From contig JAJHRG010000001.1 of NCBI GenBank assembly GCA_020832905.1, forward strand, positions 64,809 through 128,808: 64,000 nucleotides of DNA, read 5' to 3'. The translations under genes were made by a program, and so were the position numbers. Source of the DNA: Thermoproteota archaeon (GTDB lineage Archaea; Thermoproteota; Methanomethylicia; Methanomethylicales; Methanomethylicaceae). Below, piece after piece: positions 61,838-64,000 of this stretch. Every line of letters begins with the position of its first letter. Within the stretch, counting starts at the first letter, position 1. The notes beneath the pieces are model-generated. The model saw only the letters and a program-made list of their open reading frames with translations. It ran no database searches and was not told where the DNA came from.

Positions 61838-62984
61838 TTGATAATACTTTTCCTTTACTTTTTCTTAAGATTTTTTCTATTGCCTTAAGGAAATCTTCTT
61901 TTATTACATATTCTCTATTATCTCTTATTGCAAACATTCCTGCTTCAGTACATATTGCCTTAATATCTGCACCTGTTGCTCCTTCAGTTATTTTGGCTAA
62001 CTCTTTGGCTAATTCTTTTATATCCTCTTTTATATTCATTTTTGATATGTATATCTTAAATATTGCTTCTCTTCCTGTTAAATTTGGAAGAGGTACTTCT
62101 ATTATTCTATCAAATCTTCCTGGTCTTAATAATGCAGGATCTAATAAGTCTATTCTATTTGTTGCAGCTATAATCTTTACATCTCCTCTAGGATTAAATC
62201 CATCAAGTTCACTTAATAATTGTAATAGTGTTCTATGGACTTCTCTTTCACCACTTGTACTAATATCTGTTCTTTTTCCTCCTATGGCATCTATTTCATC
62301 TATAAAAACAATTGATGGTGCTTTCATTCTTGCAAATTGAAATAATTCTCTAACAAGTCTAGCACCTTCCCCAATATATTTTTGAACAAGCTCAGAAGCA
62401 ACAACTTTTATAAATGTTGCTTTTGTTTGACTTGCTACTGCTTTTGCTAATAATGTTTTACCACAACCAGGTGGACCATATAATAATACTCCTTTTGGTG
62501 GATCAATTCCTATTTTCTCAAATAACTGTGGCTTAAGTAATGGTAGTTCTATAAGCTCTCTTATTTCCCTAATTTGTTCATCTAATCCTCCTATATCATT
62601 ATAACTTACATTAGGAGACTCAATTACCTCCATCACTTTAATATATGTATCTAATTGATCTGGTAAAACTTCTACAACTGCAAAATTTCTTTGACTTAAA
62701 GCTACTCTTTTTCCTACAGCTAATTTCTTAATATCTACATTTCTTGAAACATTAACTATAAATGATGGTCCTGTAGAACTTTTTACAATTACTCTTCCAT
62801 CTTCTAGTATATCACTAATATATCCTTCTATATATGGAGGAGTTGTTAATCTTTCTATTTCTTCTCTTAAAAATTGAATTTCACGTAATAATCTTTCTCT
62901 CTCATAATACCAATCTCTTCTTTCAGCTTCTAAATCTAATATTCTTTGTTCTAATTTTTTTAATGTATTATCTTCAGAACTCAT
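61821..62984 (-). CDS. pan: Proteasome-activating nucleotidase (AAA+ ATPase)
   Basis: N-terminal coiled coil. Walker A GPPGCGKTLLAKAVA. Walker B IVFIDEIDA. The second region of homology. Confidence 0.9.
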   Translation of the reverse strand: MSSEDNTLKKLEQRILDLEAERRDWYYERERLLREIQFLREEIERLTTPPYIEGYISDILEDGRVIVKSSTGPSFIVNVSRNVDIKKLAVGKRVALSQRNFAVVEVLPDQLDTYIKVMEVIESPNVSYNDIGGLDEQIREIRELIELPLLKPQLFEKIGIDPPKGVLLYGPPGCGKTLLAKAVASQTKATFIKVVASELVQKYIGEGARLVRELFQFARMKAPSIVFIDEIDAIGGKRTDISTSGEREVHRTLLQLLSELDGFNPRGDVKIIAATNRIDLLDPALLRPGRFDRIIEVPLPNLTGREAIFKIYISKMNIKEDIKELAKELAKITEGATGADIKAICTEAGMFAIRDNREYVIKEDFLKAIEKILRKSKGKVLSSGIYA

Positions 62985-63028
62985 TTTTACCCCAATATTT
63001 ATTTATTACTGAAAATAATTAATAAACA

Positions 63029-63526
63029 GTGCTTTTTATGAATTGCGAAATATGTGGAAGAAAAATTAATAATCCAATAAGAATTGAAATTGATAAATCT
63101 ATACTAAATGTATGTAGAGATTGTTCAAAATTTGGTACAATAGTAACTGAAAGGAAAATTAGTAAACCAAAGCAAATATCAAAACCAATTACTACTAATT
63201 TAAAGAAAGAAATTGATACAGAAGAAGAAATAGTAGAAAACTTTGGAGAAATAATAAGGAAAAGAAGAGAGGAATTAAATATTACAAGAGAAGAATTAGC
63301 AAAGAAATTAGGAGAAAAAGAATCTGTTATTAGAAGAATAGAAAATTGTGAAATTTATCCTCCACATGATTTACTAGTAAAAATAGAAAAATTATTAAAA
63401 ATTTCATTAAGAAGAAAAATTGAAAAAATTACTGAAGTAAACATTCCTAATATAAATTTAACACTAGGAGATATAGCTATAGTAAAAGAAGGAAAGAAGA
63501 AAAATAGTGGGCCGAGCCGGACTTGA
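63029..63526 (+). CDS. Multiprotein bridging factor 1 homologue (Zn ribbon plus HTH_XRE)
   Basis: N-terminal CEICGRKI...CRDCSKFG ribbon. The C-terminal HTH LNITREELAKKLGEKESVIRRIE. The 3' end overlaps tRNA-Val on the opposite strand. Confidence 0.8.
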   Translation: MLFMNCEICGRKINNPIRIEIDKSILNVCRDCSKFGTIVTERKISKPKQISKPITTNLKKEIDTEEEIVENFGEIIRKRREELNITREELAKKLGEKESVIRRIENCEIYPPHDLLVKIEKLLKISLRRKIEKITEVNIPNINLTLGDIAIVKEGKKKNSGPSRT

Positions 63527-63581
63527 ACCGGCGACCCCCGCCGTGTAAGGGCGGTATCCTACCAGGCTAGACCATCGGCCC
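63508..63581 (-). tRNA. tRNA-Val (anticodon UAC)
   Basis: Minus strand: GGGCCGA-UG-GUCU-AGCCUGGUA-GGAU-A-CCGCC-CUUACAC-GGCGG-GGGUC-GCCGG-UUCAAGU-CCGGC-UCGGCCC-A. Confidence 0.8.
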
Positions 63582-63607
63582 AAAAGAAAATAATACTTTT
63601 TCCTAAT

Positions 63608-64000
63608 TTAAAGATTTTGCATTTTTAATCTTTTTTCTATTTCTGAAATTTTTATTTTCAAAATTGTTACTATTTCATCATTTCTAATATTGTCGAGTCT
63701 TTTTCCACAATGTGGACATTGAAAATTTAATTCCATTGCCTCCTCAAAAGTATATCTATTTTTTTGATGATCAGGACATGCAAAAAACATATTATTCATT
63801 TCATAATTAAGACGATCTTTTAATTTTGCTAAAACCTTTTTTCTTATTGAATTTATAAGTATATTAATACCTGTTGGATTTATTCTCCAATAATACTTAT
63901 ACCATCCAATTTCTCTATCCTTTTCTCTTCTGTACAATACAAAGTTTTTATCAAATAGTTGATATAATATTCTTCTTAAATTATTTATCTTCATACCAGT
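63608..64000 (-). CDS. tfe: Transcription factor E (TFIIE-alpha homologue), possibly truncated at the window edge
   Basis: A winged-helix region, then the Zn ribbon FACPDHQKNRYTFEEAMELNFQCPHCGKRL with the TFE-typical RYTFEEA. The ORF reaches the last bases of the window. Confidence 0.65.
   Translation of the reverse strand, partial: TGMKINNLRRILYQLFDKNFVLYRREKDREIGWYKYYWRINPTGINILINSIRKKVLAKLKDRLNYEMNNMFFACPDHQKNRYTFEEAMELNFQCPHCGKRLDNIRNDEIVTILKIKISEIEKRLKMQNL

Overview
This window is a chromosomal segment of an archaeon whose protein-coding DNA is very AT-rich (about 28-30% GC by eye). Its stable RNAs are strongly GC-rich, which suggests a hyperthermophile; the lineage is not resolved. It has a fused rpoB and DNA polymerase D (DP2), no tRNA in the 16S-23S spacer, and an intron-like insertion in the 16S rRNA.

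Main content, in order:
- the end of the rpoH-rpoB(-rpoA1) RNA polymerase operon;
- an HtrA-type protease;
- a small glycosylation locus (Wzx/MOP-type flippase, GT2);
- the conserved aIF1A-Rio1-KH(Dim2) block followed by Top6B-Top6A;
- a large cobamide salvage and uptake supercluster, minus strand unless noted: a CobY-like NTP transferase, CobS, a CbiZ fused to a PgpA/CobZ-like phosphatase domain, CbiB, and threonine-phosphate decarboxylase (CobD) with a Cys-rich tail. Two PP-loop ATPases are embedded in it, next to a BtuF-BtuC-BtuD-type ABC importer. On the plus strand upstream sits an ECF-S-component-like membrane protein and a PurM/AIRS-like protein;
- a complete 16S-23S rRNA operon. The 16S carries a 186-nt AT-rich intron-like insertion at the known position-548 site. 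The 23S carries two perfect AT-rich palindromic hairpins;
- an RNase P RNA immediately downstream of the 23S;
- TiaS, HypF, SHMT, a MazG-like protein, PolD DP2, GGGP synthase, Elf1, a multi-OB RPA, the archaeal thiolase/HMG-CoA synthase/DUF35 mevalonate-entry operon, a class III RNR-like protein carrying an N-terminal wHTH and ATP-cone, NAC, PAN, MBF1 and a partial TFE;
- eight tRNA genes, two with introns (tRNA-Tyr with 64 nt; the initiator tRNA with about 13 nt).

There is no CRISPR array and no recognisable transposase or integrase. The most accessory-looking stretch is an 880-bp non-coding AT-rich region (36833-37711). It is full of inverted repeats and a recurring TGTAAA motif, and is flanked by the initiator tRNA and four small HTH proteins.
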